The notes below the pieces were generated by a model. It made no database searches. It was not told where the DNA came from and worked only from the letters and a program-made list of their open reading frames with translations. From assembly GCA_030390025.1 (NCBI GenBank), contig CM059433.1, positions 21,764,001 through 21,828,000 of the forward strand: 64,000 nucleotides of DNA, read 5' to 3'. The position numbers and the translations under genes were made by a program. Positions 1-12,918 of the stretch are shown one piece after another (position 1 is the first letter of the stretch; every line of letters begins with the position of its first letter). The DNA is from Squalus acanthias (Eukaryota).

Positions 1-289
1 GTGACATGCAACATGTAATATTAGCAGCTTATGTTTGACAGTGAATTTCAGGAAAATTCACCAGCTTGTATATATTAAACATACTTAGTGACAAGGATGG
101 AGAAATTTGCAGTTAGCAAAAATGCAAATGAATTACGTAGGTCCCACTCATTAGAGGGGTAAATTCCATATTCAATAATTTACCATTAATCTGTTTATTC
201 CAGAAGTGTATAAAAAATATTAGATTTTTATTGTTACAATATTACATTTATTTTCATCTTGAGTGTCATAAACCTGTTGGGAAATGAAT

Positions 290-735
290 GCTATTTTTGT
301 CCCCTTTTTGAAAATCCTCTCCCCTCTCCAATTTCCCTGTCCTAAAAGCATTGCCTCCTTGCTAAAGGTTTCTCCCATGGGCTGGTTCCCCTTCAGTACC
401 AGTCTTGGGTAGCCAATCCAGATAAGTCAGCCATGGCATGGAGTGCCCGCAGGCTATTCAACTATAAAAACATTGCAAACAAGTCCAATCCTGTCCTCAC
501 CTGATATCTACGCATGAGCACAGCTACCAGGGGTTACTGAGTGATGATAACCAACTGCAACCCTTGCTGAGTTTTCCCGTCCCTAACCCCAAGGCCACTG
601 ACACCAAATCTAGCACCCTAATGGCACCCTGACTGAGATTGGCTAACTCAGCATAAACTGTGGTTTGAACGTGGGACCTTCCTTGTCTGTATGACTCATT
701 TACTCACTGATTAAACTTGCTAAGCCATTCGAGGA
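290..735 (-). mobile_element. Old tRNA-derived SINE-like repeat (diverged); related fragments at ~4380-4570 and ~12060-12420
   Basis: Shared internal blocks among the three copies (cctgtcctcacc; gctgagattggctaactcagc vs gttgagatcagctaagttacc; gaacgtgggacc vs gaactggggccc, B-box-like on the minus strand). Family not identified. Confidence 0.5.
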
Positions 736-741
736 GGTGCT

Positions 742-898
742 GGGGTAGAAATTAATCTCGGGCGGTGGTGCAAAACGGGCGGTATCGGATCGGCCGTCTG
801 TTGTACGCAGCGTCTGATAGTTCCATTGACTGTGTATCACGGGCGGTCGGTCCAGCACTCACCATTTTGCACCACCGCCCGTGACGAATTTTGAGGCC
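742..898. mobile_element. Short palindromic MITE (PIF/Harbinger-like)
   Basis: Ends ggggtagaaatt / aattttgaggcc; subterminal inverted repeats cgggcggtggtgcaaaa / ttttgcaccaccgcccg; CpG-rich relative to flanks. Confidence 0.7.
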
Positions 899-1099
899 GT
901 TGTCTCCTGTTACCTCATGGGAAGTAACTTTCTCTTTCTACAGAATATATAGCTGCCATTTTGAAAATACTATTAATGGGGATGATTAGAATAAGAAATT
1001 ATCGGCAAGTATAGCCCCAATATTTATAATTTAATAACTTGTCAAGGAGCTGGTTTACTTTCCTTGCTGTGTGGCATTTTAGAACACAAACGACTATGC

Positions 1100-1125
<26 letters not shown>
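1100..1125. repeat. (AT)n microsatellite
   Basis: Direct reading. Confidence 0.95.
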
Positions 1126-1133
<8 letters not shown>

Positions 1134-1857
1134 AAAAATATTATTGGTGCCAACACACAATGTTATCACCAACCACTGGTAACAGCGACACAGTCACTGC
1201 TTCACTTCCTTCCCAAGCTAATGGTTTAAAAACCACTTACAATACCAATGAAACTTGCAAGTAGAAATGTAAACCAGATTATTAACATCTACTATTTGCA
1301 GGGTAGGAAAGTAATTTTCATCTCCCCCTGAATAAATTATGCAAAGGACAGACCATTGAGCAGCAAAAACATATTCAGGAGTCTGCACTGCCACATGAAA
1401 AGTATAAAACATGTTATTCAGCAATGTTTATCCCCGCGCCTGTTATAAAATCTCGCATGATCTTTTATTTTTCAGCAGATGTTTGGTACCACAAGCTTAA
1501 GAATTAAATCAGTAAGGGGAAATCTAAGCTATTCTTATCAAGAGAAGGTCCCTGCGCTGCACAGTTGAGGCAAGATTTTAATTTGTAAGTGCTGTAGCAG
1601 AATGACAAATACTCTACATTAGCTCTAGAAATGTTGTTTCTTTCTGTGTGATAATTGGCTCTATTTGGTGCTGCATTAGTTGAAGGTCAAGTGAGCTGGA
1701 AAAATCAACATTTTATAAATCTAAGATTGTCAAACGACCATTGAAAACTTCTGCTATAAGGTGATCTGAACAGCGTCCAGTAAGATGAGGGAACAAAAGA
1801 GTTTGAGTGGTAAAAGTGTATTATAGGTAGATTAGCAATACTTGCTATTCACGCTAA

Positions 1858-2049
<192 letters not shown>

Positions 2050-2245
2050 TAACCAGAAACAGAATTTGATAAGCAGGCGCGGTCTGACGCAGTGATTTCA
2101 GAGTTGCAACGTTTTGCTGTGAAGCGGTTGAACACGGGCCTGCATCTTTCAATTTTCCAAATGCAGTTTTCCAATATCAGTGGTGTGATCCACAGGGAGG
2201 CCAAATGTTTCCATAAAGGGAAAGGGGAGGAGTCTTTCACCTACC

Positions 2246-4163
2246 AGTTAAAGGCTGGCATCGGCAGAGGCCTGGGAGCAGTCCACCTGCCTGTCCTCTA
2301 AGCAGGAGATGGTTTGGGATGTAGAGGAAACAGGAGAAGAGGGCACAATTGGTGCTGTGATGTCTCCATATCACAGAAAGCACAGTTGTGACACTTTGCC
2401 ATATGCAAACTTGATAAACAAATTCAAATTGGTCTTTAATGCAAACTAAGAGAACGTGTGATTTTCTCCACAATTAACAATCATTAAAAAATGTAGAAAT
2501 ATGTGGTATTGATATATGAAATTTCTAAGAATGGCATTAAGTTAGTGAGTACATTTGTTGAGTAAAATGGGCGTTTTCCCATTTTTCGTTAGGAGCAATT
2601 TTACTCCCACGGTGTCTTCCAAAAGCTGTTGCTGTGGCAACAACACCCTCTGAAATGAGTTTATTCTATTCGAGCTCAGTGAGATCCTTTAACTTGAGAC
2701 AGCTGGTGCTAAACAGCATCAAGGGGGAGAAATTCGGTATCGCCCCGTTTGGGGCGCAATTATTGGCCGGGCGCAAAGTTTAGCGCCTGGCGCTAATTAT
2801 CGCCTCCGACTGCAAACTTGGCTTCTATCGCCCTTGGAGGTGATTGGAGCTCTAAATCAGGCGCTGCACACCTCTCTTAAGGCGCTAACGCTGAGGAGCG
2901 AGGCGTAACCTCAGAGCGCTGGCGAAGCTCACGTGATGTCAGTCAGCAATGGAACACAGACACACTGGCGCCGGCCAGTTCTTTAAGGGGAGGGTCGATC
3001 TTGCTCTCCATCCACACCCTACTCATTGCAGCCTTGAATCTCGGCCTGGAGAGACCTGTACATCAAATCTGCTGGAAAGAACAATGGAGTGACCAGGGAA
3101 AGAGCTCAGAGTGTAGCCCCCACAGTCTCTTCTAAATCGATGCAAGGAAGGTCAAATCAAAATGAACCTGCAAAGTGCTGCTCAGTACCCAAAACTCCTT
3201 CACACAGCGTTGAATCTCTCCAGAAGTCTCTCTCTCTCGCTCTCAGAATGCGTGGTGCAAAAATGTCGCTGACAAAAAAAGGCAGGAAACGGTCGCCTTT
3301 AAATAGCACTCCCCCAGTCGCTTCCCGACTACAAAACGCTCCCCTCAACCTGTCGTTGCTAGCGGCAGGATGTAAGGCAGGGGGCGCCACTCAATATCTG
3401 GTCCGGGGCGTTGCACGCTTGACTGACTTCACGATCTGCGGGTGCAGGAGATCGTGACGGTAGTGTTTAGCTCTGCCGCAAAATGTCTGGTCAATTTTGC
3501 GAGCGGTGCAAACATCACCGCGCCCGGGCGCTAGTTGCTTTGCGCCCCATTAGCACCCTCTAAGGGCACTAATGGGAGGCGCAAAGCAACTGAATTTTTC
3601 CCCCCAAGTGTCCACATATTGAAGAAAAAAACAGATACTGGATCAGACATCAGAATCCTCTTACTTTCATGGAAAAGATACCTAAATCAATGGATGCAAT
3701 TAAACATGCAGTGTCACTTGAGAAAGATCCAGCACAGAGATGTTTCCCTCACAGCATGGTACTCTGCAAAATGATAGTTCTGAATATGAACCAAAACCAC
3801 TCTTCCATTTTCTCTGCTGTACAGTCCTCAAAGCCAAGCAACCTGCAGACAAGAGGGTGGACCGGTGGCCTTCTTTCAGATTGGTGTGAATAATGTTCTG
3901 GATTGGTGACCAAAAGCATGTTCCTTGAGGATGATTGTCCCTTTGATCTTCCCTGCTTTCCTCCCTGTGTCTTCAGTTGTTGTTTTACCACACAGTTGCA
4001 GCTGAGATGGCAAAGTGTCACAAATGTGCTTTCAGTGCTATGGAGACATCACAGCACCAATTGTGCCCTCTTCTCCTGTTCCCTCTGCATCCCAAACCAT
4101 CTCCTGCATAGAGGACAGGCAGGTGACCTGCTCCCAGGCCTCTGCCGCTGCCAGCCTTTAACT
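2246..4163. repeat. Long inverted repeat pair, arms 2246-2402 and 4007-4163 (~157 bp)
   Basis: agttaaaggctggca...gacactttgccat is the reverse complement of atggcaaagtgtc...tgccagcctttaact; also visible as near-identical peptides in ORFs 2237..2473(-) and 3903..4274(+). Confidence 0.9.
2723..3604. mobile_element. Non-autonomous PIF/Harbinger-like DNA transposon (MITE)
   Basis: TIR gggggagaaattcgg / ctgaatttttccccc; 3-bp TSD caa (2720-2722, 3605-3607); CpG-rich subterminal repeats. Confidence 0.85.
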
Positions 4164-4787
4164 ACACCACAACTGCTGTACCATGCCACTGTGCCAACCT
4201 TAATAAAATATATATTTTTTATATACTGGAGGCTTTTTGTTAAAATTTTACTCTATAAAATATACTGCTTGTAAAAAGTTAAATGATACTTTAATGTAAA
4301 GAAGCATCTGCATTCTTTCGTTGCTAATATGAGCTTCATTTACTTTTTTTTGGCATGTTAGCTTTACCATTCATTTATTATTTTCTCCCTCCAACTGTCT
4401 CTCCTTTCTTGAAGGCAATGGCTCAAGCTGGTGTCTAGAGCCATGGTCACTGACCCGCCTGTGGTACCTTGGCCAACTGACCATTCTTCAGCTATGAACT
4501 TTGGCAGTGAGTGGATTATTTCACTTGGGCTCATGTCAAAGCCTCATCCGATCTTATCCTCACCGAGCACTGGGAATTGCTTGCTATTCTTTTAAATGCT
4601 TGGACATCACCAGTCCGAATTTCTAATGCAAATTGAGTTTATATTTTTGACATAATGAACATATAGCAGTTTCTGATCTATTATTGCCTAAATGTTACAT
4701 TTTACAGTAGCTTATTATCCAGTGATAGGCCTTTTTATTAAGTAAATACAAGAACAAATTTATGCTTTTGGCTTGTTTATTATATGA

Positions 4788-4994
<207 letters not shown>

Positions 4995-7834
4995 TAGAGC
5001 AACTTGAGTTCTCTGGGGACGATTTCTATTTGGTTCAGCAATCTTAAGAGCTGCACCTTGCCAGAAGATCCATTCATAGTCATGAGTAGTACGTGTGTGA
5101 CAGTCTCCATCGACATGATTTTTTTATCTTGCAAATCATTGGCGCTTGCCAAGATGTCTCCAGCGGTGGAAAAAAGGTAAAGTACATTTTTCGACAGGAA
5201 CAGCTGTCAAAAAGATTTCTATCACTTCATCATTTGCTTACCCCATGTGGCCTTTCCAAAGTAATTCACGTCATCCCTCTGAGTACCTGGAACTTTCCCG
5301 TGCCTTTTGGTTTCATGTCTAACCTTTGTATAATTAATGTTGAAACGAGTAATGCAGTTGGGATATACTGGTCTCAAACAGAGATGAGCCTTAACCCTAC
5401 AATTCAACGTTTAAGCAGCAAAAAGAAATATTAAAAGAAAGTTGTGCATAATCCTGCATACCAACTGTGGGGATGGAGCAAATCAATTTGTTTTTTCTAG
5501 GTCAGTTCAACCTCAGGTGAACTGTGTTCTACTCAACTTGAGCCCATATCTGAATTGTTAGTTCAAAAGCCAGTGGCTGTAGTACAAGTAAAAACATAGC
5601 TCAACACCATAATCTGTGAGAGTGAATTGTGGGACTGAGCCTGAGATGTGGTCATTTGGTTCACTGAAAGCAGCCGTCAACCTTAAATTTGATTTGGATC
5701 CATTGAAAATGTTCTCTTTTTGTTGTCTACAAACCAAATTTTTGCTGGAACAGATTTTGGTGCTAAGCCACCTACTTATTGTACCACAGCCTCCAAAGCT
5801 AGTTACAGAGCGTTAAGATTCAGCTGTTGGCTTTAACATGGAGAAAATGTTAATGAAGAATGTGCTGGCCGATGGTATGGTGACATAATGTGTTGGAATA
5901 CTCACATGTTGCACCCCGGATTGGGGGCATCTAGATTTACCATGTCAATTCTGAGTTCCTGACTTCAGCCTGGTCTCGCTGTAGAGGTGTTAAGGCTCTT
6001 CACAAGAAGAAAGGAATATTAGCAGGAGGCTAAGCACCTCATAGCAGCTGTCTTAGAGCAGCGTTGGCAGAGGTTTGTTGTGCAGGTTACCTACCTGTCC
6101 CTTGATCCATTAGATACATGGACCAAGGAGGGCAGTACCGAAAAATAAGTTGAAAACAAAGAAGTTGTCTTTCAATGAAAGAAGACCATGACAACCATGC
6201 ATCTATATTTCACTGAGCTAATTAGAGTTAATAATGGCTCTTTAATTTCTTATGATTTACTCCGATCACAGTTTGTGATTGATTACACCCTGCACAAAAT
6301 CTGCTTTGATGTTTTCACTGTGGTGTTCATTAATTTTGCTGAACAAGCTAAAGAAGGTCTTCATTTGCGGATTGGCTGCACTCACTTAATGTATTGGCTT
6401 TTTGTATGCTTTGTGCAGAGATTGTTCACCATTCACCAGGACTTTGGCTCTATTTATAAAGCAGGTTGATGATTTTAATACAATAGGGTGCAGAAGAAAT
6501 CTTGTCCTCTCCTGTGTTCAGTAGTTTTTACAGTCCGTTAAATGTTGCTAATTGATGTAACTTGGATTATTTGCATCTTGGAATGAATATTAAATATGTA
6601 GGAAGAATTGAATCAGCAATCCCATCAGAAGAATTGAATTGGGATTTAACATATTTATGCCCAAGGTTTTATATATGGTACCATTTTGCTTGGGAATTAT
6701 TGTGCATGAACTGGCTTGCTGAAAGAAAATTGTACAACCAGTGGTTAATGTGAGTATAATGCAGTATTGCAAAGGTTTACTATTAATTCTTACCATATTA
6801 GAAAACCTCAAGGACATGCTACATAACCCAATGTTCTGCTAATAAATACTTTATTTAACAATAATCTAAATAACAGAGTTATCAACATTATAATGTTTAA
6901 TTTCAATGATCACAGTAAAAATTCTAATCATTTCAGTCAAATATAGATGCATAGTTATCAAGGTCTTCTGTCATTGAAAGACAACTGCTTAGTATAGTCA
7001 ACACAATCTAAATCATGCACTATCGCAGCTTTCAATGGGGTTTGCCCAATACTAATATTAAAATTCAGTTTTCAAGGTTGCAATCTGTGCTTGGCAGAGT
7101 TCAAAGTAGAACTGGTATGCTTTCAGGTTGAGCCTCTGACCTCATTTCTAATTACTAAAGATATAGCTTCTTTCATGTAGCCACAGATTAGCTGGAATGC
7201 CAAACAGTCCTGTTGGTTTTGATGATTCAGGTTTTGGTAAGTTATCTTTCCTCGTATTCCTGCTTGGTAATCTTTTTCTACCTTCTCCAAGAGCTTTCTC
7301 ATTTAGGCGATTAATTTTTCAGCTTAAGCTACTGCAACTGAACATGGCTTCATGAGATTGAACCAATCAAAGCAAGTAAATCCATCAGCAGCAATCATCT
7401 CAAAAGTAAAATTAACGTTAGAACAGAGATATCTGCAATTATTGTATATACCAGAATATTAATATGATAGCATTTTTTTACAATGATTTTGTTTTGTTTC
7501 TCTGGGGGATCCGTTGCTCTCCTGCCAAAGTTACAGCGCGAGATCACGAGAAACCTCACAGAGTTTCACAGCCAATTGTAACTTTAATTTTTTTGGCCTG
7601 CAATCTTCCCTGTTGTCAAGGAGACATAAATTTATTCAGCAGAGATATGTACCCAGTAAGGTAATGAGAATAATAAATACATGATTGAAAATTGAAGAAT
7701 TTTACTGCACTAAACCCTCCACTTTGTTTAAACAATTGGTTTTCATTAACAAAGTGCCTGTCATCAAACATTCTTTTTTGTGGACAAATTCTAACTAGAT
7801 TTTGCTAAGTTCTTATTGAAGTGCTTTTGGTAAG

Positions 7835-8582
7835 TCATAGAATCATAGAGCACAGATGGAGACCATTCGTCCCATCGTGCCTGTGCCGACTCTTTCAAAG
7901 AGCTATCCAATAATTTTATTCCCCGGCTCTTTCCCCATAACCCTTCAAATGTTTCCTTTTCAAGTATATATCCAATTCCCTTTTACGAGTTGTCATAAAT
8001 CGCAACTTCTACAAGAAGTAACTCAGGAAGTACTACTGGGCGGCCAGCTGGGGCGCCGTCCAGGGAGTACAAATACTCGGGCGTGGGCCCACCTTGGGCA
8101 GAGACAATCTGGAAACAGGAAGCTAGTGACTGCTAACTAGACCTCCATGCTTTGTTACAAGTCGATTAAAGCCTTGCTTTATGTTCAACCAAGTGCGTAG
8201 TGAGTCTTTATTACGTCACTAGTTACTATTGAATCTGCTTCCACTCCCCATTCAGGCAATGCATTCCAGATCATAACTACTCGCTGCGTAAAAAAAATTC
8301 TCCTCATCTCCAATGTCCCCTCTAATTATTTTGGGGCTGCACGGGCCATTCAAAATACCGTGCCTGCGCGGTTTTTGCATTGAAAAGCCAGCAAGCCAGC
8401 TACGCGGGATCCCTGCACTGCAAGGCCAAAACATTGCTCCTCTCCCCTCTGATTCTTTTGCCAATTACCTTAAATCTGTATCCTTTGGTTACCGACCATC
8501 CCGCCAGTGGAAACAGTTTCTCCTCATTTACTCTATCAAAACCCTTCATAATTTTGAACACCTCAATTAAATCTCCCCTTAA
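7835..8582 (-). mobile_element. CR1-type LINE 3' fragment, interrupted by a solo LTR and another short insert
   Basis: catagaatcatag tail, gaccattcg..ccc 3' motif, RT C-terminal nucleotide motifs (gcattccagatcataac, ttttgaacacctc). Confidence 0.75.
7991..8218 (+). mobile_element. Solo LTR (228 bp)
   Basis: TGTCATAAAT...ATTACGTCA termini (TG...CA, imperfect IR), 5-bp TSD cgagt/ctagt, ATTAAA at 8165-8170; cleanly interrupts the CR1 fragment. Confidence 0.75.
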
Positions 8583-8959
8583 CCGTAAGTGCTGCTTCTT
8601 CGCACCTGCTTGCAGTAACCAGTCAAGTGCTGGAGAATGGGTAAGGCCTTAACAAGAGGGCTGGGGGTCCTTAGCAGCAGCGCTATGCTGGAGTTGATGC
8701 AGCATTCCAGTTTTTTGAGCAGAGGAAACAGTTTTTAAAGCAGAGGAAATTGGACTCAGGAGAGCCTTTGAGCTGCTGCAACTACAATTGTTTGTTCTTG
8801 GCTAATAACAAATGTTTAGGAACAAGAAGTAATAAAAAATTTCATGGGCACATTTGTCCATCAATCCTCATTAATGTGGAGATGCCGGTGTTGGACTGGG
8901 GTGGACAAATGTGAGAAGTCGCACAACACCAGGTTATAGTCCAACAGCTTTATTTGAAA

Positions 8960-8996
8960 TCACAAGCTTTCGGAGCGCTGCTCCTTCGTCAGGTGA
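8960..8996 (-). ncRNA. Minimal type I hammerhead ribozyme motif (antisense to CSMD1)
   Basis: Minus strand UCAC-CUGACGA-A-GGAGC agc GCUCC-GAAA-GC-UU-GUGA. Confidence 0.75.
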
Positions 8997-9215
8997 AGTG
9001 AAGAGATGCATATAGGCACAGCATATATAGTCAGAGAACACTGCCAGATGATTACAGTTAATCTTTCTAACTGCCCTTTATCACACCTCGGCAGAGAGAT
9101 AATCACGGCAATCAAAGGTGTGGATGGTGTCCAAACAGGTCAGTCAGGAAAACATTACATCAAAGACAATGAGGTGGGGGACTATATATGCTGTGCCTAT
9201 ATGCATCTCTTCACT

Positions 9216-9252
9216 TCACCTGATGAAGGAGCAGCGCTCCGAAAGCTTGTGA
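9216..9252 (+). ncRNA. Minimal type I hammerhead ribozyme motif (sense to CSMD1)
   Basis: UCAC / CUGAUGA (9220-9226) / extra A / stem II GGAGC-agc-GCUCC / GAAA (9241-9244) / palindromic AAGCUU in place of stem III / GUGA. Confidence 0.8.
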
Positions 9253-10655
9253 TTTCAAATAAAGCTGTTGGACTATAACCTGGTGTTGTGCGACTTCTCA
9301 CATTAATCCTCATTAACAATGATAAATATCCGGGCTGTTTTTGCTTGATTTTATGATTCCTTCCATCTAATTCCTTGCAAACAGGCACAGGAAGGAATTA
9401 GTGCCCATACCGATTTGCAAGGCTTGTAAATGCCCTTGAGAATAGCAGCTGTACAATGAATGAGCACAATATTCTGGACTGGAAAGTCAATCATTTTATT
9501 TATCACCTTCCATTCCAGGTTGACCTTATTTGGCATTCACTTTTACACTGTACTGCTTTCAATTTTATCTCACTGCAGTATGTAACATTTACTAAAGGAT
9601 AGTTGATGTCAAAAACAGCATTCTTTTCTGATTCTGACTTCTTGTGACCTCATAGACCCAAAGTGAAAAGTGTGACCTTTACAACAATCTAATTTGTAGT
9701 TGTTGAGAGACTCCATTCCACAAAACGATGGGAGGAAAAGGTTGCATTATTCCAAATCCATGCCCGGCATATGGATCACAACTGTCAAATTCATAGTGGG
9801 ACTTTGTGAGTTTCCGGAGGTTGCTAATTTGACCAATATCTGTCGGATTTGCCAGTGGTGTTGGATATATTTTCAATACCTATTTCATTAGTAGCGAATG
9901 AAGCATACAAAAATGATTCCCTCAAGAAGTGTGGAACACTGAGCCTTATGGTTTCTATCAGTAAGGAACTGGCATATTCCTAACAAGTGCCCATGAGCAC
10001 AATCTAAGTCTTGTTAAACGAGACTTTTGTTCCTAAATAGGAGCTGGGAAGCAATTGATTTTTCACGAGATTACAATTGATCTCTCAATTTTTTCTGCCA
10101 ATCCCACAGCTCTGTCTTTCTGTTGGGATCTCCCACATTCCTATGTTTTGTTGCTTTATAATCCCTCACCCCATGTCCAGTGCTGTCCCACGCATCCCAC
10201 CGGACTGCGTTGCATCCACATTCTCCAGCTACCCTCCACAGTTCTATCCATGTTGTCTGTGCAGTATGTAATGCCCGGGGTATTTCTGTGATCCTGTGCT
10301 CCCAAAGGTGAGCCGTGCTCACTGGGAGCGTGGGTTACAACAATTTAGTTCTGGTTCTCCGATCCGCACACCCTGGCAGTGTTGGGAGTAGCAGATAGTA
10401 GAATTACCCCGCTTTGTATTCATGCTCACTTACTTCTCTATGTGCTTGCTCTATACCTCATATGTTTTAGCCATGCCCTTTACTCTCTACATCTTCCCTG
10501 TACGATCTTTCATCCCTGCTTCCTCTTGCCCTGTGTTTATGGGATCTCTTATTCGCCTTTCTTCCATGTTCCTATGTGCTTTATTATTTGTATTGTGTCT
10601 CTGGGTGAATGTTCATAGTACAATAATGGTAATCCTGTTTACTGTTCAACTTCTT

Positions 10656-11495
10656 GAGGGCGATTTTGTCAATGGGGGCGCGTTGGAGGCGGGACTGCTG
10701 CTTGTCGGGTTTTAGTCCTGCCTCCATCGACTTGTGGCCAACCCACGCTATTTTCCCTTGATTGACCTTGTTAAGCCCGCCCAGCGGGCTTAGCGGGCCA
10801 ATTAAGGGGAAGCCAGTTACAGAGAACGTCAGCGTATGACGTTTCATCTATCAAAAATTTTTGACAGATGAATTGTCATTGGTTGACAGCTCTGTGAAGC
10901 TGTCAAACACTGACATTATCTGTTGTTTGATGAGTTCTTGTATTCAAGACTCATCAAACCTCTTTTGTGAGCAGAAATTAGATGGCTGTTGCATCGGAGA
11001 ATGCAGCAGCCATCTGTCTGCTGGTAAGATGCAAGAGTCTCCGCATCCCCAACTGTTGAAGCCTGCAGGAAGAAACAAAGGTAAGGAAACATTTTCTAAC
11101 ACTTTTCACTCACTTCACACACTTACCTCTCCACACTTGCACCCATCACTTACCTTCACAGCACACTTTTGGATCCCTCCGACCCCCGCAGACCCACTGC
11201 TCGCCTCATTGACCCTGGCGGGGTTTCCTGACGTCGGGAAGCCCGCGCCTCTGCTGGAAAAATGGGGATAATCCTCTTAACTGCCTGTTAACTACCTGTT
11301 AACTGGCAGTTAAGTGGCTGTAATCCCCTTCCCACCTCCAGGAGACGGGACCTGGCGCGCGTCGGCTACCCGCCTCCTGGGAAGATGGCACGGAGGCGGG
11401 TTGGGGGTGGGATGGGTACCCGCCCCCAGATTCTGCCATTTTCCCGGCAGTCCCGCCTCCAAACCCGCCTCCCCAGGGCTGGCAAGATCGCGCCC
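10656..11495 (+). mobile_element. ~840-bp Harbinger-like MITE, family X copy 1
   Basis: Terminal/subterminal IRs (ggaggcgggactgc / gcagtcccgcctcc), internal palindromes (ttaagcccgcccagcgggcttag; taactgcc..ggcagtta); full-length homology to 44973-45816 (inverted) and 50327-51161. Confidence 0.85.
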
Positions 11496-12759
11496 CTTGT
11501 TTCAAAATGATTTTAGAATGTTCTTTTTGTACTGTATGCAGCTGTAAGTCACAGTTAGGTAACTGTTTCTCATGGCTGGCACTGCTGACATTCAACTAAG
11601 AACACCGAACAGGCAAACAAGATATAGGACTTATTTACTGGATGGAAAGCGCTCATCTCTGTGAAAATTCAAAGAATCATAAAATCTTACAGCACAGAAG
11701 GAGGTCATTTGGCCTGTGCTGGCTCTTTGAAAGAGCGACCAATTAGTCCCACTCTACTTCTCTTTCGCCATTGCTCTGCAATTGTCCTTTTTGAGAAAAT
11801 ATATTTAATGTACTTCAACTGCACAGTATTGAGAAATGACTCCGAAATGTGGAGTAGGTCAGTTTTGAGGTTAAATGTGTCCAGTAAGAGGAATCTGTGG
11901 CTGGGTATTTCCTTGGCGCTGGTCCCGCTCTGTTGCTGGTAACTTCGCCAGAAGTGTAGCAAAAATCCTGTTTACACGTGTAAATGGAGATTCCACCGCG
12001 TTTCCAGGGGCTCTACGGTGGCAAAGTGGGAATAGCTCTGAGGAAATGTCTTTATTTTTCCCTGTTTTCTCTCCTCCTCTCCTAAAGATGGTGAGTGTTG
12101 CTGGGTTACAAGTCCCACAAGTGCCAGCACCTTGGCCAAGTAGTCATTCTTCATGTGCGATCTTAGACAGTTGGATTTGGAACATTATTATCTATTGACA
12201 TGATCACAGTCAAGCCTGATCTTGCTGCTGGATAAGTGGGAGAACCCTGGCTGCTGATTATTTATTTTAGCCCAGGGCGCCAAGGCCAATTATAGCACCC
12301 AACTCCTGCCCAAGTTGAGATCAGCTAAGTTACCACAGGCTGCAAATAGAACTGGGGCCCACTGGTCTGTGTGAGGAATGCACTGAGTAGTGAGATCAAT
12401 ACATGAGACCACTGGGGGAACCCAAATCAAATATGATGATATCAATGGAAGTATCTCTCCTAAGTTGTAATTATTTAGCGCATATTTTGAGATATTTTAT
12501 TTGCCTAGCCACCTTCTGAAGATTTTGATTCGAAGTTTCAAAAAAAAAAATGGAATGGCAATTTAGTGATATAGCACGTTAGCACAGGAATGTGCTGTGC
12601 TGCGGATTTGTGGTTTGTGAATTCAGATGTACCAGATGGTGAGTTTCTGACTGCAACTGGCACTGCATGGAGCCAGGGAGCAGAGACACAATACATCGCT
12701 GCAGGGAGAGAAAATCAAGCGAGTAACTCAACAGTGGCTGCACTCACACACATTACAGT

Positions 12760-12918
12760 CAATGTTCCCGCTAAGCCGCGCAGTAATGGGAAAGGTCCCG
12801 TGCAGGTCGCTCCCCGGCTTTTACATTATAAATACCGCGCATGCACAGAAATTTAAAGGGACCGCGCATCAAAAGAAGCAGGCTGCGCAGAACCAAGCAC
12901 AGCTTACAGGGAACATTG
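12760..12918. mobile_element. hAT-like MITE (159 bp); partial related end at ~29063
   Basis: TIR CAATGTTCCC..TAAGC / GCTTA..GGGAACATTG; degenerate 8-bp TSD attacagt / actgcagt. Confidence 0.7.

Larger units (their letters stand above)
8875..9304. mobile_element. Penelope-like element terminal fragment in inverted (fold-back) arrangement
   Basis: 12-bp TSD aatcctcattaa (8863-8874, 9305-9316); arms ~8909-9030 and ~9180-9304 are reverse complements; each arm holds a hammerhead core, a known feature of Penelope pseudo-LTRs. Confidence 0.8.
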
